64,000 bases of DNA from an uncultured Verrucomicrobiae bacterium (GTDB lineage Bacteria > Verrucomicrobiota > Verrucomicrobiia > Chthoniobacterales > JAFAMB01): positions 32,001 through 96,000 of the forward strand of contig CAWEXO010000002.1 in NCBI GenBank assembly GCA_963813025.1. The letters are read 5' to 3'. The notes below the pieces were generated by a model. The model worked only from the letters and a program-made list of their open reading frames with translations. It was not told where the DNA came from and ran no database searches. Each line of letters starts with the position of its first letter. The stretch's first letter is position 1. Positions 10,155-20,381 of this stretch are shown here, in pieces. The translations under genes were made by a program, and so were the position numbers.

Positions 10155-10261
10155 GATCTGTTCCGGGAGAACGTTCCTAACCGGCGGTATTCGTCGGACC
10201 CCCGAAGATACATGTCGATATCTATTTTAGTACGCGTGCAAGATGCAACTGAAATCTACTG

Positions 10262-10807
10262 CTAGAGAATCGACCAAGGCAAAATAGGTTGCTCCTGATG
10301 ATAAAGCACCAGCACAGGAAACTCAGAATAACGCACGATACGCTCGGCGTAGCTGCCCTCTTTCAGTTGCGCGACATTGACCGGCTGGCGCGTCGAGATG
10401 GCAATCAGGTCCACTGCAAGTTCTCTGGCGCCGAGAAGTATCTGGGTAACGACATCACCGGATCGCAGGCAGAACCAATCCTGACCGCAATCCATAGCGA
10501 GGGCGCGGCCTATCTTCTGAAGCGCTCTCGTCGCCTTCTGCCGAGGATCAGGGCGCGGGCCGGGGCCAGGTCGATCGACCGCACGATCTAGATAAGCGGC
10601 GTCTTCCAGTACATGCAGGAGGGTTAGCTTTGCGTTGGCAGACCGGGCAAGATCGACAGCATATCGGGCAACTAAGAGGGCTGCGCTGCTCAAGTCTGTC
10701 GGAACCAGGATATGTTTGACGTTCGAGGGTAGCTCGGCGAGATGCTCGCCTTTCTCACCATGGAAGAGAACAGGCTTAATGCTCCCGGCTTGAAGGAGTG
10801 CTTTCAT
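10262..10807 (-). CDS. universal stress protein
   Basis: KHILVPTDLS, LTLLHV, GDVVTQIL, DLIAIST, GSYAERIVR. Confidence 0.9.
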   Translation of the reverse strand: MKALLQAGSIKPVLFHGEKGEHLAELPSNVKHILVPTDLSSAALLVARYAVDLARSANAKLTLLHVLEDAAYLDRAVDRPGPGPRPDPRQKATRALQKIGRALAMDCGQDWFCLRSGDVVTQILLGARELAVDLIAISTRQPVNVAQLKEGSYAERIVRYSEFPVLVLYHQEQPILPWSIL

Positions 10808-11043
10808 TGAAGTAATCGGGGAGGTTTATTACCAATAATGAGCTTCGCTCGGAACAGGCCATTAAACAATCCATTGGTTGTCCGAAGCTACCCTTCCACT
10901 GTTCCGATTTCTACCGCCCGGTCGCGGTGGATCCAGGCGCTCGCTTGCCAAGCACTCTTTCTGAACGTGGAAACGCCAAACCGCGGCAATCAAGGGACAA
11001 AAGAGGGTGAGACCGGAACTAAGCCATCGGTCAGAGTGCCGGA

Positions 11044-11400
11044 ATGAAGAAGATTGAGGCGGTCATCCATCCCTCCAGGTTGAAAGCTTTGCAGTCAGGG
11101 CTGAGGCAGATGGGCATCCTGTCGAGGCCGATGGTATCGTTGGTCAATCGACTTCCACACGGCTGGGATCCGGTGCAAGCAGAAGAATCAATGCCGACCA
11201 GAGGTCGGCCGAGCAATCCGTTGGCTCGAAAGTCGGCCGAGCTTAAAATTGAACTGATTGTGAGCGATCGGCAGGTCTTCAAAGTGATCGATACAATCCT
11301 TATCCTCGGGCGCCATTCTGGCGCCGACTCCGGTCAGGTCGCGATTTTTAACGTCGACCAGAACATGTCGATTGAAGGCGAGAGTAATCTCATCGATTGA
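11044..11400 (+). CDS. divergent P-II-like protein
   Basis: MKKIEAVIHP N-terminus, KIELIVSD, 118 aa. Confidence 0.7.
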   Translation: MKKIEAVIHPSRLKALQSGLRQMGILSRPMVSLVNRLPHGWDPVQAEESMPTRGRPSNPLARKSAELKIELIVSDRQVFKVIDTILILGRHSGADSGQVAIFNVDQNMSIEGESNLID

Positions 11401-11454
11401 AAGTCGTACGTCACCATTCGAACGGATACGAGAAAGTCCTCGTGCACGACTGAG

Positions 11455-13041
11455 CTATTGATAAGGGCCTGCGGCGTTCACCTCAGAAGGCACTTGCGAC
11501 GCGAATTGCTGGAAATTATCCTTGAAAAGGGCCGCCAATCTTCCGGCCGCACTGAGGTATTGCCCGAGATCTTTCCATGCTTTTCTCGGCACCAGAATCT
11601 CGGGGGGGACTTCCGGGCAAACCGCCACTTGGGCAAGACCGAACGAGGCGTCTAGCTGGGTCGTGGCTTCGGCAAGGCTGCCATTGTGGATGGCGTTAAT
11701 TATTGCCCGGGTGTACGGCAACCTGATTCTTGAGCCAACCCCATATCCGCCGCCTGACCAGCCGGTATTAACGAGCCAGACATTCGCCTGATGCTTCTCC
11801 ATCTTTTGCCGAAGGAGCTCTGCGTACTTGGTCGGATGCCAGACGAGAAATGGCGCACCAAAACAAGCGGAGAAAGTGGCCTGCGGCTCGGTTACACCAA
11901 CTTCGGTGCCGGCTACCTTCGCGGTGTATCCCGACAGGAAGTAGTAGATGGCCTGATCACGTGACAGCTTGGATACCGGCGGCAGAACTCCGAAGGCGTC
12001 GCATGTGAGAAAAATGATGTTGGTCGGGTGTCCGCCAATACACGGTATGCGAGCATTTCCAATGAACTCTATCGGGTAAGCGCCACGCGTATTTTGAGTT
12101 ATCGTAGCGTTCGAATAATCCACGTCGCGCTGTTCTTTACTGAGGACGACGTTCTCCAGGACGGCGCCAAAATGTAATGCTTCAAAAATGTCGGGCTCTG
12201 ACGCCTGTGTGAGATCGATTGCTTTCGCGTAGCACCCACCTTCGATATTAAAAATCCCGCGATCGCTCCAGACGTGTTCGTCGTCACCGATCAATTGCCG
12301 CTTTGGATCGGCCGATAACGTTGTCTTGCCTGTCCCGGATAAGCCGAAAAGCAGCGAGGTGTCCGTGCCTGTCCTGGCCATCGTCGCCGAGCAATGCATC
12401 GGTAGTAAGCCACGCTTTGGCATGAGGTAGTTCATGATCGTGAAAACGCCTTTCTTCATTTCGCCGGCGTATTCCGTTCCCAGGATGACCATTTCCCGGT
12501 CTTCAAAAGATAGGTCTACCGATGTTCGTGAAGTCATGCCGGCCGTGAAACGATTGGCCGGAAATGCACCAGCGTTGAAGATGGTGTAGTCTGGCTCTCC
12601 AAAGCTTACTAAATCCTCGGAACTTGGACGGATCAGCATCGTCCTGATGAACAGCGCGTGGTAGGGACGCGAGCAGATCACCCGAATCTTTAGCCGATTT
12701 TCGCGATCCCAGCCCGCGTACCCATCGACGACATAAACGCGATCTCGGCTGGCCAGATAGTCGCAGGCACGCTCGCGATTGATTTTGAAAGAGAGCTCGT
12801 CCAACGGGAAATTAACGGGTCCCCACCAAATGTCGTTTTCCGAAGTCGGGTGTTTGACAATTCTTTTATCTCTGGGTGAGCGGCCGGTTTTGCTTCCCGA
12901 ATAAGCCACTAAGGCACCCGTGGACGAGAGGCAAGTGCTCCGATCGAAGCGAATCGCTTCTTCATACAGGGCGGCAGGAGATAGATTGGAAAGTATGACG
13001 GGGCCGCTGATTCCGTAATTGTTAAGATCTGTAGTAGTCAT
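11455..13041 (-). CDS. pckA: phosphoenolpyruvate carboxykinase (ATP)
   Basis: TGRSPRDK, YAGEMKK, GLSGTGKTT, IGDDEH, NIEGGCYAK. Confidence 0.97.
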   Translation of the reverse strand: MTTTDLNNYGISGPVILSNLSPAALYEEAIRFDRSTCLSSTGALVAYSGSKTGRSPRDKRIVKHPTSENDIWWGPVNFPLDELSFKINRERACDYLASRDRVYVVDGYAGWDRENRLKIRVICSRPYHALFIRTMLIRPSSEDLVSFGEPDYTIFNAGAFPANRFTAGMTSRTSVDLSFEDREMVILGTEYAGEMKKGVFTIMNYLMPKRGLLPMHCSATMARTGTDTSLLFGLSGTGKTTLSADPKRQLIGDDEHVWSDRGIFNIEGGCYAKAIDLTQASEPDIFEALHFGAVLENVVLSKEQRDVDYSNATITQNTRGAYPIEFIGNARIPCIGGHPTNIIFLTCDAFGVLPPVSKLSRDQAIYYFLSGYTAKVAGTEVGVTEPQATFSACFGAPFLVWHPTKYAELLRQKMEKHQANVWLVNTGWSGGGYGVGSRIRLPYTRAIINAIHNGSLAEATTQLDASFGLAQVAVCPEVPPEILVPRKAWKDLGQYLSAAGRLAALFKDNFQQFASQVPSEVNAAGPYQ

Positions 13042-13444
13042 TTATAGCTGGATGTAGGGAGATCGATGAGTTTGGGAGCAGTTGTTTGTTTGGGATCGGA
13101 TCAAATAAGTTTGTCTGGGGCCAACCAGTTTCGCTCTGGCCAAAAAGAGCTCAACCTTTTCCTGATCGATTGCTTGGCTCGATTCGACGATGAGTTGATT
13201 GCGGGTGCGGCGATAAGCAGTCGGCCAATCGGTCCACATTATGTTTGACGTTTTCTCAGTGTTTTTTCAGATGGCTGGCACACGTCCGAAGCGCTCGGCC
13301 CGCATAGCTACCTCGATGAAAGCTGGTACCGGCCAGAGCGCCTTCTACCAAGAGAGTCCGTATACCGGCTCGAGCTGCGGCGAGGCATGCTTCTTTGCCT
13401 CCAGAACCGGAACCAACCATGATGACCTGATAGTCGTAGCTCAT
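13042..13444 (-). pseudogene. truncated, frameshifted third copy of the LpdA-like oxidoreductase
   Basis: MSYDYQVIMVGSGSGGKEA...GTSFHRGSYA aligns with the N-termini at 573 and 14039; continues in another frame (WTDWPTAYRR...ARAKLVGP), then ends. Confidence 0.85.
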
Positions 13445-14038
13445 AACACTGTTGACCCGCCGACGGTAGCTTCTCGAATGTGGGAATACTCACCACCTGT
13501 TGCTCACGTTTGGCCATCCCTTGGGTGTTTCCGGCCGGAGGTGAACGTCGAAGAATTCAAGGCAACACGATGAACGAAACGCTGTGTTTTTTGCTGCAGC
13601 TTGCAAAAGAGATTGGCGGTCATAGGAGCGCGTACTGAACACAGCTATTTTCATCTTTCGACCAACCTTTCATTCAGAGCGATCCGTTGTCGAACTGCTA
13701 AGCAGAAGCTGCCGAGTTCATTCTTATTTTCGCAAGCGTCCTTTGTTCCTCGTCGTCCAGACACACGCGAACGCTCACCGCAAATTGACGGCTACTTAGC
13801 TGCGATTGCGGTCGATTCTCTATCCGGAAGAGCTTGAAACAAAGCGAGCGGGCAGATCGTCGTGCCATGAGCCGGGGCGCCTTACCGGTGCTTTCGCCCC
13901 GGAGATGGCAATCGATGGTTTGCTCGCAACAAGATCCGTGGAGTCAAACCCGAGCTGGAGCCTCAGAGTCACGCAGAAACGCAGAGCTTGCGACAAAATG
14001 CTTAGTCGGAGACAATTCTCTTAAACGGACATGAAACG

Positions 14039-15433
14039 ATGAGCTATGAATACCAACTGATTGTAATTGGATCGGGATCCGGCGGAAAGGACGCTGCAAT
14101 TCTCGCGGCGCGCTCGGGCCTCCGTGTCTTGATCGTCGAAAGAGAAAGTCTTGGCGGGACCTGCTTTCATCGAGGTTGTTACGCCATCCGAGCTCTCCGC
14201 GCGTGTGCCATGCATTATGGAAAGACCGAAGGAAGTTCCCGTTTCGGGATGTCGATTGACCTCCTGGAAACCGGATGGAGCGACTGGATTGGCACGCAGA
14301 GGCGCGTGAGTGCCAGGCTCACCGAAGACCTTAGTCGAACCTTGGAATCACTCGAGGTGAACATCCGTTTCGGAACCGCAAAGCTCCTCAATCCGAACGA
14401 AGTAGAAATATCCGATCCCTACGGCGCTCGGGAGCGAGTTTCCGGACAGAATATCATCATCGCGACCGGCTCGCGCCCAGCTTTCTCGAGCGGCCAAAAC
14501 TCGAAGATCCTGAACTCCGACCGAATGCTTAAAAACGTCGCAGTTCCGGCGCATCTGCTGATCATTGGCGGAGGCTACATCGGCTGCGAATTCGCCTCTA
14601 TTTATCGAACGCTGGGAGCACGAGTGACTCTGGTCGAGGAGCAGGAACATTTGCTTCCGAGCTGGGACCGGATCGCCGGCGATCAAATCTGGGATTCGTT
14701 AGAAAAACAAGGTGTAACCATTCATCTGAACGCTAAAATCGATCTACCCGATGCAGAAACGTGGACTGCACGTCCGCTCTTCAATCTGCGCGACAGCACG
14801 ATCGTTTCCCCTGAGCTCACGCTGATCGCGACCGGCCGTAAACCAAACATCGAGGAACTAGGACTGGAATCGGTCGGGATCACCGCAAAGGCATTCATTC
14901 CGGTCAACGAAACGATGCAGACGGCGCAGCCAAACGTCTTCGCGATTGGCGACGTGAATGGGCTGGCGATGCTTGACAGTGTGGCTTTCGCCCAAGCCAG
15001 AGTCGCCGTTCAAACTATCCTGGGCAACCCAGCTCGGTTTGATTATCGCTGGATACCACGATGCGTTCATACCGATCCACCGGTCGCCTCTGCCGGATGG
15101 ACGGAAAAAGAGGCTATCGCCGCAGGCCATGAGATCGGAGTGCTGACCGAAACGGCGCGACTGATGACGGAAGACGACCGCAGCGTCGTTGATCCCGAGC
15201 CGATAAAGCTCAAGCTCGTTGTTCTGCCGGAAACCAGAGCCTTACTAGGTTGCCAGGCTGTCGGCGCCGAGGCAGCCGAAATCGTGAATCTGGCGGCCGC
15301 GGCTCTCCATGCTGGATTAACTGTGACCGATCTTGCGGACCTCGCGATGATCCATCCAAGCGCTTCAGAGGCGCTCGTTCGGTGTCTGCAAAGTCGTTTC
15401 GATATGCCCGCAAGATCTACGGTAGCGCGGTGA
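14039..15433 (+). CDS. dihydrolipoamide dehydrogenase-like flavoprotein disulfide reductase
   Basis: GSGSGG, intact GGTCFHRGC, GGGYIG, ATGRKPN, C-terminal HPSASE. Confidence 0.88.
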   Translation: MSYEYQLIVIGSGSGGKDAAILAARSGLRVLIVERESLGGTCFHRGCYAIRALRACAMHYGKTEGSSRFGMSIDLLETGWSDWIGTQRRVSARLTEDLSRTLESLEVNIRFGTAKLLNPNEVEISDPYGARERVSGQNIIIATGSRPAFSSGQNSKILNSDRMLKNVAVPAHLLIIGGGYIGCEFASIYRTLGARVTLVEEQEHLLPSWDRIAGDQIWDSLEKQGVTIHLNAKIDLPDAETWTARPLFNLRDSTIVSPELTLIATGRKPNIEELGLESVGITAKAFIPVNETMQTAQPNVFAIGDVNGLAMLDSVAFAQARVAVQTILGNPARFDYRWIPRCVHTDPPVASAGWTEKEAIAAGHEIGVLTETARLMTEDDRSVVDPEPIKLKLVVLPETRALLGCQAVGAEAAEIVNLAAAALHAGLTVTDLADLAMIHPSASEALVRCLQSRFDMPARSTVAR

Positions 15434-15847
15434 GGCGAAGGAGCCAGTGGGCTTTCAGTCACTAATCCGTGGACCATCGATTCGCCACGCCGCCCGATCC
15501 ATATAGCTCGTTTTCGGGCGAGAGACCGAGCGAAGCGCCGCTTCGCATTCATTACCCAGGTCCAGCTCGATACGGCTGAATCCAGATCATCTTTCTAAGA
15601 AATCGTTTCAGTCCATGCGGCTTGGACTTGATATGCCCATGTTTCCAGTGGCGCGCTGCGAGTATCCGTGTGGCACAAATCCTCAAAGAACTGCCTAAAC
15701 TGACACGGGAAGTCGCCAATTTTTACGTCGCTCCGCTGTTTCGTGCAAGTAACAACGACCTCCTTCAAGGATCGTTTTCCGCAAAAAACATGCCCTGGTC
15801 GTCATCAAGCATCCCCAGCACGGTCGGGAACTTTCTCTTTTCTGTTT

Positions 15848-16500
15848 TCACGCGACATGAACGACCGGTGTGCCGTTCATGACAACCGGTGTGATGTCCA
15901 GCATCCAATTATCGCGGGTAGTCTCGCCGAGGTAGCATTCGACGCGGTAGACCGTGTTTCGCAAAAGTCGCGTTTTATTCCTCGCAAGCCATTCGCGGTG
16001 GGCTTTGAGATAAGCGTGAATCCAAGCCGTTCGTCGCCGCCGTCTTTTGGTCTTTTCTCAGGGATTTTCACCAGCAAAAAGCGAAGCATTGATCCGGAAT
16101 GCAGGAAGGAATCGGCGATGACCAGGAAGGAGAGCGGAAGGGCGAAACCGTACCTCTTCGCCCATTTGACAAGCGGGTCCGAGATAGAGCTCTTCGAAAC
16201 ATTCATTCTGCGCCTTGACCATAGCCGGTTCTTTTCGGCCTCTTTGAGCCCTTTGATGAATTTCGGATCGTTGGCGAGTGTCCGCCCTGAACCCATCGTC
16301 GGCAGGTACGGCGCGAAGGTCAGCGCCAAAGCTCCGCCATTGTCGATGTAGCGCTTAAGGACTTTCTTCAAGTTGCCGCCGCCTTCGGTGAAGCCGATCG
16401 ACAAGGTCACTTGCTTTCGAGGTGGTGTGAAACGGTTGTCGTCGGCGTAATACTGGCTACACCTGCGGACCACCAACCCGATCAAATCGATGTTCGGTAC
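15848..16500 (-). pseudogene. chitosanase/lysozyme-like glycoside hydrolase, multiply frameshifted
   Basis: QVTLSIGFTEGGGNL, LVIADSFLHSG, RPKDGGDE; alternate frames give EPAMVKAQNECFEELYLGPA and AWIHAYLKAHREWL...TVYRVECY...DNW; 5' end approximate. Confidence 0.6.
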
Positions 16501-16784
16501 TGTTCGGCTACGAACCCATCGTACCAAGGGTCATTGCACTTCCTCGTTCCGTTCTTGCTCTTCAGGTATGCCTCAGGAGTTCTAAACCTAGCTTAGCTAG
16601 TGGCTCGTTTGGGCAAGGCGCGCCATTAGGGCTTGCCGTGTATTCGGGCCATTCCGGATCGCAAGAATCGCGGGTGAGGAAGGCGTCCGACCCGGACCAA
16701 CCCATGTTCAGCATTGACCAATTTCTGCACGGCACGCGCAAGCGGCCGGCTCTAGAGATTAGAGCAGATTTCTGGATAACAAAG

Positions 16785-17714
16785 ATGGAGTCCTACCCGA
16801 AATTTTCTCCTTTGGATGCCGTCCGTAAACACGACTTTGTAGAGCAGCTCAGTCGTGCGCGAATATACCAGGATTACGAGCTGGCCTTTGGAAAGACAAC
16901 GAAGTTACCTTTGGAACTCTCCTCGATTCACGCACCGTGGACGGTCCACCGCGGACGAAGCAAGTTCACAAACCCTTTCTGCACCGTCCTCGCACGAACG
17001 AGCAAAAATTGCGGCAGATGCCTAGAGCTCCGGCGAAACCTCACCAGCGCAAATATTTCGGAAACGCAGACAGCGAGATGCTTCGTCGGACTTACAAATA
17101 CCGCCGTGCCAGTGAAGGTGGAAGAGCGCGTCATTGCGTTTTTGCAAACCGGCCAGGTTTTCCTGCGAACACCGAGCGCGCAGCGATTCAAAAAGATTAC
17201 TACCAAGCTCATGAGTTGGGGCATGAAGACTAACTTGGCCCGACTCGAGAATGCGTATTTCCACTCCCGCGTGGTTTTGCCCAGCGGATATCGTGCGATA
17301 GTGCGACTTCTGGAAATTTTCGCGGAACATCTCGGATTGATCGCCAACGAGATCGCGCTGCAGCAAGGTAACGGGGACTCGCTGATGATCAGACGCGCGA
17401 AACATTATGTTGCGAGTCATCAATCTGATCCTATCACACTGGGACAGATCGCTCGTGCCCTTAATATCAGCACGTTCCACTTTTGCAGGATATTTAAGCA
17501 GACAACAGGTCTAACGTTTGTGGAATACTTGAGCCGCGTCCGTATTGAGCGGGCTAAAGTCTTGCTGCATAAAAATGATCTACGCGTCAGCGAGATAGCG
17601 TACGAGGTAGGGTTCCAATCGATCACCCACTTCAACCGGATCTTTCGCAAGCTTGTTGGTCACTCGCCGACAGAATACCGCTCCAGATTGGCCAGAGCCA
17701 ACCCAGAGGGATAG
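16785..17714 (+). CDS. AraC-family regulator with PocR-type ligand-binding domain
   Basis: NPFC...C..C, CFVGLTNTAVPV, LQTGQV; C-terminal double HTH (SEIAYEVGFQSITHFNRIF); start could be upstream (to 16638). Confidence 0.9.
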   Translation: MESYPKFSPLDAVRKHDFVEQLSRARIYQDYELAFGKTTKLPLELSSIHAPWTVHRGRSKFTNPFCTVLARTSKNCGRCLELRRNLTSANISETQTARCFVGLTNTAVPVKVEERVIAFLQTGQVFLRTPSAQRFKKITTKLMSWGMKTNLARLENAYFHSRVVLPSGYRAIVRLLEIFAEHLGLIANEIALQQGNGDSLMIRRAKHYVASHQSDPITLGQIARALNISTFHFCRIFKQTTGLTFVEYLSRVRIERAKVLLHKNDLRVSEIAYEVGFQSITHFNRIFRKLVGHSPTEYRSRLARANPEG

Positions 17715-18054
17715 ACGCCCGGCTAGATGAAGGATTCCTCTGCTTGTTAGGCGGACGCCGTTTCCTTTTCGAGGTGGTGCAAATTCAGTTCAAATCCTTC
17801 TTACATTTTGCCCTATGGTTTTTTTGAAAGCTAAAATGTGGCGGCTGCCGCGTTAAAGGGGAGCAGGTCCAGCAAGTATGCCAGATGCGGTGCCTTCGCG
17901 AAAGCCGCCATTCATTGGAGTAGAGCCCGTTTGGCCCTCGATCAAGCAAGAAAAGTAAAGAAAAAGTCAATTTAGGTGGAGCGTTAATTTTCCAGAACAA
18001 TCACCATGCTTCCCGTTCGGAAACAAGGCATCGAGGTCGCCCAACCTAACCCCT

Positions 18055-18387
18055 ATGAAAATCATGAATCGGCCGGGTTCATTGAAACCGCGACTCCTCG
18101 TTGGGATCGGCCTTGCAGTGATTGCTGCGGTCATTTGCACAGTGTGTGTCCCCTTCGTTTCTGCGGGTCCGCCCACTACACCGGAGAAGCCGGTACAAAC
18201 GAGTACGGCTTCTGGTGCCGCCTTATACGCCATCCACTGCAGCCGCTGCCACGCGGAACGATATGCCACCGAATTCACAGCGGCCCATTGGAAGACCATC
18301 ATGATCCACATGCGTGTGCGGGCAAACCTCCCGGCGGCGCAAGCTCAGGAGATCCTGAAGTATCTTCAGGAAAATAGCGGCCAGTAA
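18055..18387 (+). CDS. small exported monoheme cytochrome c
   Basis: Hydrophobic signal, CSRCH, WKTIMIHMRVRANL. Confidence 0.85.
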   Translation: MKIMNRPGSLKPRLLVGIGLAVIAAVICTVCVPFVSAGPPTTPEKPVQTSTASGAALYAIHCSRCHAERYATEFTAAHWKTIMIHMRVRANLPAAQAQEILKYLQENSGQ

Positions 18388-18406
18388 TGAGCGACTAAAT
18401 ACATCG

Positions 18407-19888
18407 ATGGACATTCGCTCCAGAATCCTCGGAATGATAGCGGCAGGATGTGTGCTCGGAATCACCTCGCCCCGCGCCGTTGCAGAGGTAACTGACGAAG
18501 AGTTCAATGCGTTGAAAGAATCGGTCCGGCAGCTGGGTGATAAAGTGCAGAAACTGGAGGAGACGCACGAGCAAGACCAGCAAACTCACGCGCAGGACCA
18601 ACAGAAAATCCAACAGCTGCAACAGCAGCTGGAGAAAACCCAAGCGACGGCCGCTGAAGCGCAGCAGAAAGCCAAGTCTGCGACCCAGGTCCAGCAAAAG
18701 TTCCACTGGCTCGAAGATCAATTGGGGGAAACGCGCAAGACCGCCGCCGAGGCTGAACAGAAAGCCGAAGCGGCGGCTCAGGTGCAACCGGTTGCCCCGG
18801 TTCCCAGCGGAGCCCTGGCGACGCACAGCTTCACCCTGGCAGGAGACGCGGAGGTCCAATTTGGCAAAGTCCAGGGACAGCACAGCGCATTTATGCTAGC
18901 GGATTTTGCGCCGATCTTCCTGTTTCGGGCGACCGACAAGGCTCTATTTGAAGCGGGTTTTGATGTCACGTTGTCGAACGGCGCAGTGACGTTGGCGAAC
19001 GGACAGACGGGCAATAGCGGTGTTTCGACCGCAGTAGATCTTAGTTTCGCTCAATTGGATTACCTGCTGAATGACTATGCGACGGTTGTGGCCGGGTATA
19101 TGCTGCTTCCGCTGGGCACCTATACCGAGCGATCGGCCGGGTGGCTGAACAAGATACCGGATGACCCGCTCCCCCGCGATATCCTGCCGACCAACGGCGC
19201 AGGTCTCCAGCTGCGGGGGGGCATACCTATCGGGCAATCCGGACAGTCGCTCACCTATTCCGGTTTTGTCGTCAACGGGCCAGGCTCAGCGGACGGGTCT
19301 GGAAACGCAACTTTCGTTGATAGCAGCGGCAACGTATTGCCAAATCTTGACTTTGGTAATGTCGGCACTCAATCCAATGGCAATAGCGGAAATTTGCACG
19401 CTAATCCCTCCGGCGGTGGCCGCATCGGGTGGTTCTTTCCGCTTAAAGCCAATTATGATTTCGAGCTTGGAGTTTCGGGCCAAACAGGTCCATGGAACGA
19501 CGCGGGAAATCGGCTGTGGTCGGCTGCCGTTATCGATGCGGCCCTGCACATTACTCCGTTTTTCGAATTGAAGGGGGAGTATATGTATACTTGGCAACAG
19601 ACCAACAACAGGGGAACTGTTCAGCCGCAGGGTTGGTGGGTCCAGGCAGCCTACAAGCTGGCAGGCTTTAGCCTGAGCCTCCCGCTCATTAACAACGTCG
19701 AGTTGGTCGGCCGCTATGACACGGTGTTGGACGGGCTCGGGACGAGGACTAACCGGGAAACGGTGGGTTACGTATACTACATCACCAATACGCTCTTATT
19801 CGAAGGTGCTTACGAATGGTTGCAAAGCCACGGGCCAAACAAGCTGCCGGAAAACAAGTGGGTGTTTCAGCTCTCCCTCGGATTCTAA
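18407..19888 (+). CDS. outer-membrane beta-barrel (porin-like) with N-terminal coiled coil
   Basis: Signal peptide ending RAVA, Q/E/K-rich helix, alternating beta-strand pattern, terminal VFQLSLGF. Confidence 0.8.
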   Translation: MDIRSRILGMIAAGCVLGITSPRAVAEVTDEEFNALKESVRQLGDKVQKLEETHEQDQQTHAQDQQKIQQLQQQLEKTQATAAEAQQKAKSATQVQQKFHWLEDQLGETRKTAAEAEQKAEAAAQVQPVAPVPSGALATHSFTLAGDAEVQFGKVQGQHSAFMLADFAPIFLFRATDKALFEAGFDVTLSNGAVTLANGQTGNSGVSTAVDLSFAQLDYLLNDYATVVAGYMLLPLGTYTERSAGWLNKIPDDPLPRDILPTNGAGLQLRGGIPIGQSGQSLTYSGFVVNGPGSADGSGNATFVDSSGNVLPNLDFGNVGTQSNGNSGNLHANPSGGGRIGWFFPLKANYDFELGVSGQTGPWNDAGNRLWSAAVIDAALHITPFFELKGEYMYTWQQTNNRGTVQPQGWWVQAAYKLAGFSLSLPLINNVELVGRYDTVLDGLGTRTNRETVGYVYYITNTLLFEGAYEWLQSHGPNKLPENKWVFQLSLGF

Positions 19889-19913
19889 ATCAATGAAATG
19901 GTGATCTATAACA

Positions 19914-20360
19914 ATGAACATCAAGCTATCTACTGTCCTCCTGGGTGCGGCCGCATTCGGCCTGATCGGAGCAGGATTGGCGCTCTCCCAGGCCGTTGAC
20001 ACTCGGATTGAGCAGTTCGACAAAGGCCCGGCGACGATCAATGTCTCCGGGTACCCGCCAGCAATCCAGGGATATTACGCAGTCTTTACCCAGAAGTGCT
20101 CCCAGTGCCACAAGTTGAGCCGCCCGATTAACTCTGATTTTGTGCTGCCCGATGAGTGGTCGCGCTACATCCACCGCATGATGAGCAAGCCCGGTTCGGG
20201 TATAGATAGCGCCTCGGGCGCGCAGATTTACGCATTTCTGGTGTACGACTCCAGCGTCCGCAAGAAGGCGATGCTTGACGCAAGGCTCGCGAAGCTCTCG
20301 CCTGCCGAAAGGGCCGCTGTGGAAGCCAAGATCAAGGCAGTCGTGGCCAAGTATAGGTGA
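19914..20360 (+). CDS. exported monoheme cytochrome c
   Basis: Signal peptide, KCSQCH, WSRYIHRMMSKPGSGI. Confidence 0.85.
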   Translation: MNIKLSTVLLGAAAFGLIGAGLALSQAVDTRIEQFDKGPATINVSGYPPAIQGYYAVFTQKCSQCHKLSRPINSDFVLPDEWSRYIHRMMSKPGSGIDSASGAQIYAFLVYDSSVRKKAMLDARLAKLSPAERAAVEAKIKAVVAKYR

Positions 20361-20381
20361 CGCGCTCCAGGGTTCGCTAGC

